A DNA stretch of 64,000 nt, from IMG/VR virus record IMGVR_UViG_3300028840_008157. One strand, given 5' to 3'. This DNA comes from a virus. Its lineage: Duplodnaviria; Heunggongvirae; Uroviricota; Caudoviricetes. The translations under genes and the position numbers were made by a program. The number at the start of each line of letters is the position of its first letter. Positions within the stretch are counted from its first letter, which is position 1. The notes under the pieces are model-generated. The model saw only the letters and a program-made list of their open reading frames with translations. It searched no databases and was not told where the DNA came from. Positions 37,533 through 46,412 of this stretch are shown in pieces.

Positions 37533-38910
37533 CAGCAATTACAAAGAACGTGTTGTTCGGCAATCGTAATTCCGTCGTCGTTCCAACATATACATCGTAT
37601 GGATGTATTGTTTGGCCTACTTTAATTCCAACTCGTTCTCCTGTTTTATTGAGTCCCTTCGGAATACGAACATTACGTGTAGAATCTTTGGCGAAGAATA
37701 CCGTCATAGGCATATAGACATCTACATCAAAAGGCGAAGACGCTATGCCTTGAAGAAGAGTCCATCCTTCGTATTTTTTGGGTACATCGATCAGAGTATA
37801 ATCCCTATTAGTATATAGTCTTTGACCATCCTTGAGTGGTATTTGGTTGCATGATGTCTTGAATCTGAATCTAATCAATCGCGTCTGTCCTCTTCGTGGC
37901 GTATCGGAGAATAGAATAGTTTTTTGTTGGTTTTCTATTCTCTTGTTTTGGTCACAAAAACCTAACTTTGCCAAGCTCAATATTCGAGTTTCTTCTGTAA
38001 TGCATACAGTACATGGGGCCATGGCTCTTTGCCCTTCTTTGTCAATTAAAGGCTTCCCATCCGCAAAAACCATCCAGCCGTCCCCCATCTCGGCGGACGT
38101 CGTCACCTCCACGTCGAACTTCGGTTTCTCCAGCTTGACCACGTCGGTCTTCACGATGGCGTCCCCCGCGACGGCCTCCACCGTCGCGTCCTCGTACTTG
38201 TCCTTCCGCAGGACCAGCTTGGCAGGCCCCTTGGGCAACCGGACCAAACCCGGGGTCCGAAGCCCCGTGTCGCGCAGCTCGCCGCCCTGCCTGACCAGGA
38301 TGGTGGCCCCTCGCGGGTCGCTCTGGACGTACACCTTGCCGTCGCCGCGCTCGGCACTGCCGACCACGTCGGTCTTGGGCTTGGCGGATACCATCTTCAT
38401 CAGCTTGAGGGACTGGTCGAGCGCGGTGAACCCCTCCGGCGTCCCCTTGAAGCGGTCCGCGACCTCGAAGTAGCGGACGGCCTTCAGGAGAGGGTCGGTG
38501 GTGTTCCGGGCGTACTCGTTGGCCCTGACCAGCCAGACCTTGGCGTCCTTGGGATCGACCTTCTTCTCGACGACCTCCTGGACGACTTTGGCGACCTTGG
38601 CGTCGCCGGCCAGCGCGTTGGCCTGGGCCAGCGTCATCCTCTTCTTGGCCCAGTAGAGCAGGGAGTTGGCCTCGGCGGCCCTCTCCTCGTTCCCGGACGC
38701 CTGGAACGCCTCGCTCGCCTTGGCGAGGACCTTGACGGCCTCGACGAGCTTCTCCTCCTTCAGGAGGGTCACGCCCTCCTTGAGCAGCTCCTGGGGTGTG
38801 GGGTTGGACGCCGTCACGACCACCTCGTGGTCCTTGGTTGGGCGTTCAACGCCGAAAAGCGGCATGACGAAGACCAGGACCAGCGGCAGCGCTCTCGTTA
38901 GGAATCTCAT
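37522..38910 (-). CDS. Secreted protein (462 aa) with signal peptide and helical/TPR-like N-domain; C-terminal third AT-rich
   Basis: MRFLTRALPLVLVFVMPLFG signal; convergent 10-nt overlap with 36336..37532. Confidence 0.65.
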   Translation of the reverse strand: MRFLTRALPLVLVFVMPLFGVERPTKDHEVVVTASNPTPQELLKEGVTLLKEEKLVEAVKVLAKASEAFQASGNEERAAEANSLLYWAKKRMTLAQANALAGDAKVAKVVQEVVEKKVDPKDAKVWLVRANEYARNTTDPLLKAVRYFEVADRFKGTPEGFTALDQSLKLMKMVSAKPKTDVVGSAERGDGKVYVQSDPRGATILVRQGGELRDTGLRTPGLVRLPKGPAKLVLRKDKYEDATVEAVAGDAIVKTDVVKLEKPKFDVEVTTSAEMGDGWMVFADGKPLIDKEGQRAMAPCTVCITEETRILSLAKLGFCDQNKRIENQQKTILFSDTPRRGQTRLIRFRFKTSCNQIPLKDGQRLYTNRDYTLIDVPKKYEGWTLLQGIASSPFDVDVYMPMTVFFAKDSTRNVRIPKGLNKTGERVGIKVGQTIHPYDVYVGTTTELRLPNNTFFVIAVRP

Positions 38911-39023
38911 TTCTTCTTTCCTCCTGACCGCTTGCGCCGGGCCTTCTTTTCACCCTTGGCCTTCAGGCTCCGTATCTTGTTACAAGCCCATCCGGGGACG
39001 AACGCGTCGCGCAGACCGGGCCC

Positions 39024-39329
39024 TTATCTGTAGTTCGGCGGGTATCCAGGGTATCGCCGGGCCTTGTTGTACTCGTCCTCGTTATGCGCCCTGCGCATCT
39101 CCTCCTCGTGCTCGCGCATGTCCATCTCATGTCGAAGCATCTCGATCTCGTGCTTGCGGCTGGATCGCTCGATGGAGGCCCGCTTGATCCCATCCGCCGA
39201 CAGCAGCAGGATGACGATGATCGCCCCAGCGATCCCGACGCCAGCCCCGGGGCCCTTCCCGTCACGCTCCTCGGCCTCCTCGACGCTGTCCGTGGCCGTC
39301 CTGAAGCCCTGATGTCGCTGAACGTCCAT
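39024..39329 (-). CDS. Small single-TM membrane protein
   Basis: Internal ATG preceded by GGAGGAGGA; TM GIAGAIIVILLL; His/Glu-rich tail. Confidence 0.5.
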   Translation of the reverse strand: MDVQRHQGFRTATDSVEEAEERDGKGPGAGVGIAGAIIVILLLSADGIKRASIERSSRKHEIEMLRHEMDMREHEEEMRRAHNEDEYNKARRYPGYPPNYR

Positions 39330-39373
39330 TCGTCCTCCTCCTTTGGCTCCCCTGCCGGGCCTTCTTTTCACAC

Positions 39374-39616
39374 TCAGGACGGCTTCAACTTCTTGACGAG
39401 CGCGTCGATGAACGCGCACCCCTCGCAGGAACACCCCTCGGGGCCACGCGGTTCAGGACAGCGGTATTTCTCGTCGTCCAGGACGGCGATCAGGAATTCC
39501 ACCTCCTTCTTGGACAAGGACACGTCGGCCTGACCGGCACGATGACGAAGTTCTTCTCCTCCTCCTACGAAAACCTGCTTGGACTTCTTAGACTTCGGCA
39601 TGTCAGCTCTCCTCAT
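39374..39616 (-). CDS. Small Cys-containing protein (80 aa)
   Basis: CPEPRGPEGCSCEGC motif. Confidence 0.4.
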   Translation of the reverse strand: MRRADMPKSKKSKQVFVGGGEELRHRAGQADVSLSKKEVEFLIAVLDDEKYRCPEPRGPEGCSCEGCAFIDALVKKLKPS

Positions 39617-39635
39617 CCCCTATCGATCATCAGGA

Positions 39636-40148
39636 TCAACATGAGGGTTCCCTTCTTCTCTGCCTGCTCCCGGCGATCTCCCCGTCGTCCTTGACGGCCT
39701 TGGTGAACATCCCGAACGGGAAGAGATGACCCGGCTCGGAGAGGCACCAGAGATGGAACTGGTTGGCGGAGTCAACGAGCCTCGACTCGGCCGGATAGAG
39801 CTCGACCGCCTCGTTCTCCGGTCCGACGATGGCGTTCTTGATCTCCTGGAGCTCGCGCCAGTCGTGGATGACGTCCTTGTCGCGGCGCTTGATGCTGAGG
39901 TGGATGATGTCGGGCCATCCCTCGGGGCCGTCGTTCCGCTGGACGATCACCTGGTACTTGTCGTTCAGGTAGACTTCCCCCTTGAAGCCGCGCTCGGCGG
40001 CCTTCCTGGCGTCCTTCATGAATTGCTCGCGGCTCGGGAGCGGCCCGTCGGGGATGACGCTCCTGGGATCGGCGTCGAACGCCTCGACCGTCTCCCTGAC
40101 GACGCGCTCGACCTCCTCCGGCGGTATCGTCGCCCTCTCGAACTTCAT
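39636..40148 (-). CDS. Hypothetical protein (170 aa)
   Basis: Clean ORF. Confidence 0.55.
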   Translation of the reverse strand: MKFERATIPPEEVERVVRETVEAFDADPRSVIPDGPLPSREQFMKDARKAAERGFKGEVYLNDKYQVIVQRNDGPEGWPDIIHLSIKRRDKDVIHDWRELQEIKNAIVGPENEAVELYPAESRLVDSANQFHLWCLSEPGHLFPFGMFTKAVKDDGEIAGSRQRRREPSC

Positions 40149-40546
40149 TCGTCATCCTCCTCGTCCGGGTCATCGCCGGGGAAGTACTCGTCGGGACGCT
40201 TGGCGTAGCGAACCTCGACGCCGGAATCCTCGAAGAACCCCACGCAGAATAGATCCTCGAGCGGACGTCGGGCCAGCCGACGCCTCTCGATCTTGCGAAT
40301 CTCCTTCATCGCCGCCTTCCAGGCGTCGTAGGATGAACAGTCGTAGCCCTTGCAATCGAGCATGTACGTCGGGATGCCCTTGGCGGGCGAAAGGGAAACG
40401 TAGTTCAGGCGGCTTGCGCTGCCGTCCTCCGGCTCGTAGTCGGTCTCGACGACGGAGAAGAGGCGCTTCCCGGTGCTGAGCTTGACCAGGCAGGACTCCT
40501 GGCCCCCGTTGCATTCCCTGACCCGAACATGGACGAACTCGGTCAT
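40145..40546 (-). CDS. Hypothetical acidic protein (133 aa)
   Basis: Internal ATG MTEFVHV forms ATGA overlap with stop of exonuclease gene. Confidence 0.5.
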   Translation of the reverse strand: MTEFVHVRVRECNGGQESCLVKLSTGKRLFSVVETDYEPEDGSASRLNYVSLSPAKGIPTYMLDCKGYDCSSYDAWKAAMKEIRKIERRRLARRPLEDLFCVGFFEDSGVEVRYAKRPDEYFPGDDPDEEDDE

Positions 40547-41256
40547 TTCAAGCCTCCCCTCTCGTAAAGCGCCGCCTTGACGAGCCACGCGACGGCGGTC
40601 GCGTCGTCCATGGCCCTGTGTTGTTTCATCCCGGGCATCTCCGGCCACTTCTCCCGGAGGCGCTCCAGGCAATTCTCCGTCGACGGAGTCTTCTCGTCCC
40701 CGTCCCTGTAATAAAGGACCGCCGGGTCGATGACCCTGGGACGGAACAGCCCGTCGAACTGCGGGTCAAGCCGTCTCAGGAACCTGGCGTCGAAACCGGC
40801 GAAGTTCTTCCCGGCCACGTTGGCCATGCCGTCGTCTGACCAGACCCTCTTGAACCACCCCCTGAAGATCGGGTAAGCCTTCTCCCTCCTGACCACGTAG
40901 AAGGACTCGTCCAGCTTGATGACCTCCTTCTGGCGCATGGCCTCGCGGTAGGTGTCCAGCTCGACCCAGAGATCGGAGTGCATGGCCAAGACTTCCAGCC
41001 GGGCCGTGATCTCCTTGTCGGGCATGACGAGGATGCGGATGGGGTTCTCGAGCGGGGCGTATACGTAGTCGCTGATGGCCTTGCGCAACTCGTCGCCCGC
41101 CGGAAGCAACTTCAGGCGCTCCGTGGCTTTACGGTCCATGTCCCCCTTGAAGAACGAGAGCGGCCTGACCTGCGATACCCCGGCGGCGATCTCGACGACG
41201 AGGTCTCGGTCCGAGTCGAGACCCGTGGTCTCGAGATCCATGGAAATGAACTTCAT
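40543..41256 (-). CDS. DnaQ-like 3'-5' exonuclease (DEDDh, DNA pol III epsilon family)
   Basis: Exo I motif MDLETTGLD, Exo III motif HRAMDDATAVAWL. Confidence 0.8.
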   Translation of the reverse strand: MKFISMDLETTGLDSDRDLVVEIAAGVSQVRPLSFFKGDMDRKATERLKLLPAGDELRKAISDYVYAPLENPIRILVMPDKEITARLEVLAMHSDLWVELDTYREAMRQKEVIKLDESFYVVRREKAYPIFRGWFKRVWSDDGMANVAGKNFAGFDARFLRRLDPQFDGLFRPRVIDPAVLYYRDGDEKTPSTENCLERLREKWPEMPGMKQHRAMDDATAVAWLVKAALYERGGLK

Positions 41257-41723
41257 TTTTTGGCCCCTTTCCGGCGCGAACGGCCGGGCCTTCGTTTCAC
41301 TTTCTTCTTGGAGAGGGCCTTCGCTCCGGGCGAAACCCCGTCCATGGCCTTCCTCATGCGCATCGCCATGTCGAAGGCCATTTCCGCGTCTTTCTTGTTC
41401 AGCATCTTGAAGCTCCCGAAGATGGGCATTCCATTGACGCTTCGGGGGAGCGCTTCGCTGAGGTTCTCGTAGAGCAGCCCGAGGCTTTTTAGGTCGACGT
41501 CGTTCATGGCGCCGAGGGCGATCGGCATGAAGATCATCGGCAGGTTGTTTCGCTCGTGCTCAGGGACGTGCCTGTCAGTAAATACCTGTCCCGTCGCGAT
41601 CCCCCTAGCGACTTCCTTGATGGTCTCCGAGGGGACGCTCTTGATCTTGTGGGGCTTGACCTTCGGACTGGGCATCATGTCTCTCCTCGGAACGAAGGAT
41701 ACGACACGACACGGGGAAGTCAA
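41253..41723 (-). CDS. Hypothetical basic protein (156 aa)
   Basis: Lys/Arg-rich C-terminus. Confidence 0.45.
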   Translation of the reverse strand: MTSPCRVVSFVPRRDMMPSPKVKPHKIKSVPSETIKEVARGIATGQVFTDRHVPEHERNNLPMIFMPIALGAMNDVDLKSLGLLYENLSEALPRSVNGMPIFGSFKMLNKKDAEMAFDMAMRMRKAMDGVSPGAKALSKKKVKRRPGRSRRKGAKK

Positions 41724-41950
41724 GGCGAATTCGTGTAAATATCGTCGTCGAGCATGTCGAGGAGGTGCATCTCGTCCCTAAGGACGTTGAACGCGGGCAA
41801 TTCCGAAAACGAGTTGACGGTGAACGTCCTTCGCGTGGCCGCCAAGGGGCTCGGGTACTCGACGAAATGATTCACCACCTCCGGCAGGTACACGTCGGGC
41901 AATTCCGAGGCCAGGAGAATGACCACGTCTTGCCATCTAAACTCTTCCAT
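41720..41950 (-). CDS. Small protein, cassette member A
   Basis: Pairs with downstream gene as duplicated two-gene unit. Confidence 0.4.
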   Translation of the reverse strand: MEEFRWQDVVILLASELPDVYLPEVVNHFVEYPSPLAATRRTFTVNSFSELPAFNVLRDEMHLLDMLDDDIYTNSP

Positions 41951-42197
41951 TTTGTTGCCTCGGCGCGAAAGCCCGGTCTCTGGCCGACAGGGGGATGTCC
42001 TGTACCGCGTGTTCTTGGATGACGCCCCAGTTCGGTCCGGTCATGACGAATACGCCGGTCGAGTTCTCGCCGCTGGCCTCCTCGGGAAGCTCCTCCGCGT
42101 ACCGCGCCTCGATCTCGGCCAGGTTCGGGCAGGCGTCGCACATGGCGCAATACCCGACGTTCTCAAGCTCGACGACGACCTCGGCGACGGCTCTCAT
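41937..42197 (-). CDS. Small protein, TGPNW-family paralog B
   Basis: VVVELENVGY...MTGPNWGVIQEHAVQDI shared with 42393..42623. Confidence 0.5.
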   Translation of the reverse strand: MRAVAEVVVELENVGYCAMCDACPNLAEIEARYAEELPEEASGENSTGVFVMTGPNWGVIQEHAVQDIPLSARDRAFAPRQQNGRV

Positions 42198-42396
42198 TGT
42201 TCCTCGTCCTCATGTTGAAGATGACCCCCCTCAGGAGGGCGGGGTCTTTGAATCGGGCTTGAACCTCGGACAAGAAGGACGCCCAAGGCTCGTCGTCAGG
42301 TCGAGCGATGCCGGCCCGGAAACAGTAGGCGGCCATGGCGTCCACGAGATCGTATTCATGCTTCCTGACGAGGAACAGCACGTTTGTCCCGGTCAT
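42163..42396 (-). CDS. Small protein, cassette member A'
   Basis: Internal ATG MTGTNVLFLVRKHEYDLVD; ATGA overlap with upstream stop. Confidence 0.4.
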   Translation of the reverse strand: MTGTNVLFLVRKHEYDLVDAMAAYCFRAGIARPDDEPWASFLSEVQARFKDPALLRGVIFNMRTRNNESRRRGRRRA

Positions 42397-42623
42397 ATGA
42401 CGTCCTCCACGTGCGGCTCTATGGCCGTCCAGTTGGGGCCGGTCAGGAGCGTCGATCTCGATCCCCCTGCGACTGCGTACGCCTCGTCGCTCAGGAACAA
42501 CGCCCTGCCGTATCGATCCTCCGCCTCCATGAACGTCAGGGTCGCGCAACGGCTCCTGAGAACCTTCCAGACGTGGTTCTCGAGCTCGGAGACTATCTCC
42601 GTCGTCAGGTCAAGTCGTTTCAT
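42393..42623 (-). CDS. Small protein, TGPNW-family paralog B'
   Basis: IVSELENHVW...LTGPNWTAIEPHVEDVI. Confidence 0.5.
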   Translation of the reverse strand: MKRLDLTTEIVSELENHVWKVLRSRCATLTFMEAEDRYGRALFLSDEAYAVAGGSRSTLLTGPNWTAIEPHVEDVI

Positions 42624-42990
42624 CGGGTTTCGGGACCGACATGATCTGCGTCAGTTGCTTGAGTCTTTGGTTCTTGGAGACGCATCTCTTCTCGACGTCC
42701 TCCTGGAGGATCTTCAGGAACTCATCGGCGAGCTCGTCCCCGAACTGGGCCCGGATGTCGTTCGATATCTTGTCCACGAGGTGATGGATGTTGATCACCG
42801 ACGACCCGATCATCCTCCCGAGATCGGCGGGGTCCTTCGCCACGAGCTTCATGATGACCTTGCAGCCGCTCTCGCCGTCCTCGTCGACGTAGGACAGCAT
42901 GGAGAGCATCGACTGGCATTTCTTCCCGGTCATCTTCTCGAGGAGCCTCTCGGCGTCCCTCTGGACCTCATCCGTGTCGTACTCGAACAT
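42610..42990 (-). CDS. Hypothetical acidic protein (126 aa)
   Basis: Clean ORF. Confidence 0.5.
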   Translation of the reverse strand: MFEYDTDEVQRDAERLLEKMTGKKCQSMLSMLSYVDEDGESGCKVIMKLVAKDPADLGRMIGSSVINIHHLVDKISNDIRAQFGDELADEFLKILQEDVEKRCVSKNQRLKQLTQIMSVPKPDETT

Positions 42991-43192
42991 TTCCTTCCCT
43001 CCTCCATTGGATCGCGTCGAGAATCTCGTCCTCGAGAATCCTCCAATTCGGGTAGCCGATGTCGATTCTCGATCCTATGCTGGCCCGAATATAACGCCGG
43101 AACGGCAATGACGAAAAGACGTTCCGAAATGCCCGGAACGAATGGAACCTCCTGAACGCGACGCCGGCCCGTTCGCTGGAGAACTCGCACAT
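42968..43192 (-). CDS. Possible small basic protein (74 aa) immediately downstream of ARH gene
   Basis: ATG sharing one nt with ARH stop (TAATG); GGGGAACGAATA upstream; tail of a junk-headed track ORF. Confidence 0.3.
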   Translation of the reverse strand: MCEFSSERAGVAFRRFHSFRAFRNVFSSLPFRRYIRASIGSRIDIGYPNWRILEDEILDAIQWRREGNVRVRHG

Positions 43193-44157
43193 TATTCGTT
43201 CCCCTTCCTCAAGGCGTCCGCCAACCCGAGCAGCTTCTCCTCGTGCTCGACGCGTCCGAGCCATTCCTTGGGAATCGCGCCCATCCCCAAACGAGCCCCC
43301 ATCAACGCGCCGGTGATGCAGGCGATGGTGTCCGAGTCGCCGGGCGTGTTGGCCGCCATCAACACGGCCTTCCGGAAGTCGTCCGGGGAGGACATGCAAC
43401 AGTAGAGGGCGCAGGCGACGGCCTCGTGACCCTGCCACCCGTCTCCGAGCTGGCCGCCCATCAGGGCCTCCTCGGGGGACAACAAGCCGACCGATGACGT
43501 GGCGGCGTTGATCGACGTGGAGAACTCGTCGCTTATCCCGCCGACGACGTCCATGAGCTCGTGGCCCCACGTCCCGACGGGCGCGCCCCTCATCGCCACC
43601 GAGCAGAGGAGGGCCGTCGCCACGGAGGCGCAACGGGCGACGTCGTCGGCGTGGGTGATCTGGGCCGTCGCGATCCCGTACTGGACGATGTTCGGGACGT
43701 CCTCGTGAAACCAAAGCCCGATGGGGGCGGAGCGCATGGCCGTCCCGCTCCCCCTCGACCCGGCGATCCCCGCGTTGCCCCAGTCCTTCCCGGACGCGAG
43801 CGCGCGGCAGGCCGCCATGCAGGTGTTGCCCGGATCCCTGGCCTGCGCCGGGTCCTGCTGGGACCTGAACCACTCGACGAACTCGGCCGAGAGCCTCGTC
43901 CCGTAGCGGGCCAGGACGGCGTCCCCCTCGACGACGCCGACGCGGGGCTTGGACGCGATCAGCGCTCTCGCCACGCGCATGGTCATTTGCGTGTCGTCGG
44001 AGACGATGGCGTTCTCGGGCAGAGACGTGACCCCGTCGGGGCCATGAATCTTCCTTATCTCGTCCATCGACCCCACGAACTCGACCTGGTAACCGAGGCA
44101 ATCGCCCAGGGCCAGCCCGATCATGCAACCCTTGTACTTGTCGTCGTCTCTCATCAT
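43192..44157 (-). CDS. ADP-ribosylglycohydrolase (ARH/DraG family)
   Basis: GLALGDCLGYQVEF, SDDTQMT, GNAGIAGSRGSGTAMR, GDSDTIACITGAL motifs. Confidence 0.85.
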   Translation of the reverse strand: MMRDDDKYKGCMIGLALGDCLGYQVEFVGSMDEIRKIHGPDGVTSLPENAIVSDDTQMTMRVARALIASKPRVGVVEGDAVLARYGTRLSAEFVEWFRSQQDPAQARDPGNTCMAACRALASGKDWGNAGIAGSRGSGTAMRSAPIGLWFHEDVPNIVQYGIATAQITHADDVARCASVATALLCSVAMRGAPVGTWGHELMDVVGGISDEFSTSINAATSSVGLLSPEEALMGGQLGDGWQGHEAVACALYCCMSSPDDFRKAVLMAANTPGDSDTIACITGALMGARLGMGAIPKEWLGRVEHEEKLLGLADALRKGNE

Positions 44158-45626
44158 TAGAACCCCTTGAACTTGTCCAAGATCTGCGCCTTCAGGTCGT
44201 CCGCGAAGTCGAGCGTATGCTTGTCGTCGGAGAAGGAGCTCGGCGCGATGACCCCTCCGACGGCGTCAATGTAGCAACTGAACTTGCCTTCCCCGAGGCG
44301 GTAAAGCTTCTCGGGGATCTCGTCGTAACCGGCCCAACCGTTCTTCTTCGACTCCTCCATGAGCGTCGTGTCGGCCGACAGCGTCCACGGGAAGTCCTTG
44401 CGCGTCGTGACCTTTCTGTTCGCCTTCTTGACGTCGATGATCCAGTCGGAATATTGCTTCGGAGAGTACTTCAGTCCTCGCCCGGCGCGCTTGAATCCAA
44501 GGGCGACGACGCCGAGGTCGAGCTTGATCGCGTCCTCGATGAAGTACGGGAACTCGTAGGACTCCATGATGCCCATCGGGACGTGTATCTTGACCTTGTT
44601 CCGGTCGAAGCCGTTGTCGTCGACCAGGGCCGCCAGGCGCGGGAGCATCGTCCTGTCCGTCGTCGAGATGGCGAACGCCCCGCAGTTCTCCTTGACCGAG
44701 TCCCTTATCTCTGGGTTCCGCATCCAGTCGAGCGAGCGCGTCGAGAAGTTCGGGACGACGTCGTTCTTCCTGAAGTTCCCCAGGAGCTCGGCGAACTTCG
44801 GGTGGAGGACCGGGTCGCCGCCCCCGATGGCGACCTCGAAGACGCCCATCTCCGAGAGGGCCCACGCGATCGAGTACAGGTCGTCATGAATCGCGTCGGT
44901 CCCGGCCGATGACGAGCTCTGGTAGCAATACTCGCAGGCGCAATGGCACCTCTCCGTGATCTTCAGGTCGACGAGCTCGGGGACGAGCGCCCGCTCGACC
45001 TTCTTGGCGGGGACGCCGTCCATCCGGCAACGAATCTTCGTCCCGGTCCCTTGGTTGAACAGGACCCATTCGTCGCTGTCCTTGCGGCAAATCCAATCTC
45101 GGCAATAATCCGGCCTCATCGAAACGCCATGGTCGTCCATGAACGCCCTGGCCGCGTCCTCCGGTAGTCCGGTGACGAATGGTAGCTCGACCTTTCCCTC
45201 GTCGACGAGATAATGATTGTGGTCGTCGTTGTCGTTTCCGCCCAGGATGGCGACCTCGGGACGCAGGACGTTCTCCATGAGCTCGTCGAACAGCTCCCTG
45301 CTCGGCATGATCTGCCCGTGGGTCCTCGGGATGACGAAACAACTCTGGTGATCGACGTAGCCGTGCTTGTCGAGGGGAACCCCGACCCATTCCTTGACGA
45401 TGATTTCGACCATGTCGTTCGGGAGGTTCTGGGAGAGCGTGGCCTTCAGGATTTGCGCCATGTAGCTCTGCTTGGCGCGCGCGCTCTTGGCCGTGAAGAA
45501 GTTCCAGCCGAACTCGCCGTCTTCCACGTCCTTGTCGTTCACCCCGGACGGGTCGCGGACGTGGACGATGGAATGCGTGGAGCTGCTGTTCGTGGCGAAC
45601 CCCAGCCTGACGTTGAATATCCGCAT
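44157..45626 (-). CDS. Radical SAM enzyme (489 aa) with ~200-aa N-terminal extension of unknown function
   Basis: CxxxCxxC cluster ITERCHCACEYCY plus GGGDP-like downstream motifs. Confidence 0.85.
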   Translation of the reverse strand: MRIFNVRLGFATNSSSTHSIVHVRDPSGVNDKDVEDGEFGWNFFTAKSARAKQSYMAQILKATLSQNLPNDMVEIIVKEWVGVPLDKHGYVDHQSCFVIPRTHGQIMPSRELFDELMENVLRPEVAILGGNDNDDHNHYLVDEGKVELPFVTGLPEDAARAFMDDHGVSMRPDYCRDWICRKDSDEWVLFNQGTGTKIRCRMDGVPAKKVERALVPELVDLKITERCHCACEYCYQSSSSAGTDAIHDDLYSIAWALSEMGVFEVAIGGGDPVLHPKFAELLGNFRKNDVVPNFSTRSLDWMRNPEIRDSVKENCGAFAISTTDRTMLPRLAALVDDNGFDRNKVKIHVPMGIMESYEFPYFIEDAIKLDLGVVALGFKRAGRGLKYSPKQYSDWIIDVKKANRKVTTRKDFPWTLSADTTLMEESKKNGWAGYDEIPEKLYRLGEGKFSCYIDAVGGVIAPSSFSDDKHTLDFADDLKAQILDKFKGF

Positions 45627-45658
45627 CTATCACCTCCCACGGCAAGCATACCACTAAT

Positions 45659-46381
45659 TCATGTCAGGTCAATCCACGTCCTCAACTCGTCGATGATCGC
45701 CATCACCATCGGGGGGATCATCGACTCCGACAGCATCCGATGGAGGCTCGCGTTGCCGCAGGTCTTGTAGTCCGGCGGGAACCCGTACAGCATCAGGCTC
45801 TCGGGCTTCGTCAGCCTCCTCGGGCCGTCCTTGCCTGGAACCTTGGGAAATGGCCCCTTGTGGTAGCGCGGCTTCCGGCACGGCTCGTCGACGCTCACCA
45901 GGTAGCCCTTTCGCTCGTCCCTCGGGAGGTCCTCCTTCAGGACGTGCCGGAGGACGGACGGGCTCCCGTCGGGGAACGGAAAGTCCCGGAAAAGAGTCTC
46001 GAGGTCCTCCCTGAGCATGACGTTCATGCGCCTCTTCCCGACGAGCGGCGCGCCGAACCGCCTCGGCTCGAGCTCGTCGACCCACGCCCTGTAGCCCGTC
46101 GGAGGATCGACGTCGCCCTCCGCGATGATGACGCGGGGGGAGAACACGGCCAGGACGGACCACGCGTCTCCGGGCCACCCCTTGCAGACCAGCATGTCGG
46201 CGTGCGGTATCCTGTCCGCAGGGAGCTTCGACGGCGACTCGAACTCGACGTCGGGGAAATTGCGACCCGCGACCCGACGCGCCAGGTGATCGTCGTCCCA
46301 GGCCAGCATCGGGAACCCGCTCCTCTTGCGGACGGCCAGGATGCCGGCCCCCATGCCGCAGGAAAGGATGATCGCCCTCAT
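45659..46381 (-). CDS. Short DNA (cytosine-5) methyltransferase-like protein (atypical/degenerate)
   Basis: N-terminal IILSCGMGAG (motif I-like) and C-terminal LMLYGFPPDYKTCGNASLHRMLSESMIPPMV (motif X-like); PC motif not clear. Confidence 0.45.
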   Translation of the reverse strand: MRAIILSCGMGAGILAVRKRSGFPMLAWDDDHLARRVAGRNFPDVEFESPSKLPADRIPHADMLVCKGWPGDAWSVLAVFSPRVIIAEGDVDPPTGYRAWVDELEPRRFGAPLVGKRRMNVMLREDLETLFRDFPFPDGSPSVLRHVLKEDLPRDERKGYLVSVDEPCRKPRYHKGPFPKVPGKDGPRRLTKPESLMLYGFPPDYKTCGNASLHRMLSESMIPPMVMAIIDELRTWIDLT

Positions 46382-46412
46382 GTCCTTTCATCATACGACG
46401 TATGATTCCAGA

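Noticed and set aside
44217-45770. ORFs antisense/alt-frame to the radical SAM gene (44217..44912, 44266..44865, 44884..45654, 45213..45770)
   Set aside because: The radical SAM frame carries the CxxxCxxC cluster and continuous protein-like sequence. The others are high-GC shadow ORFs.
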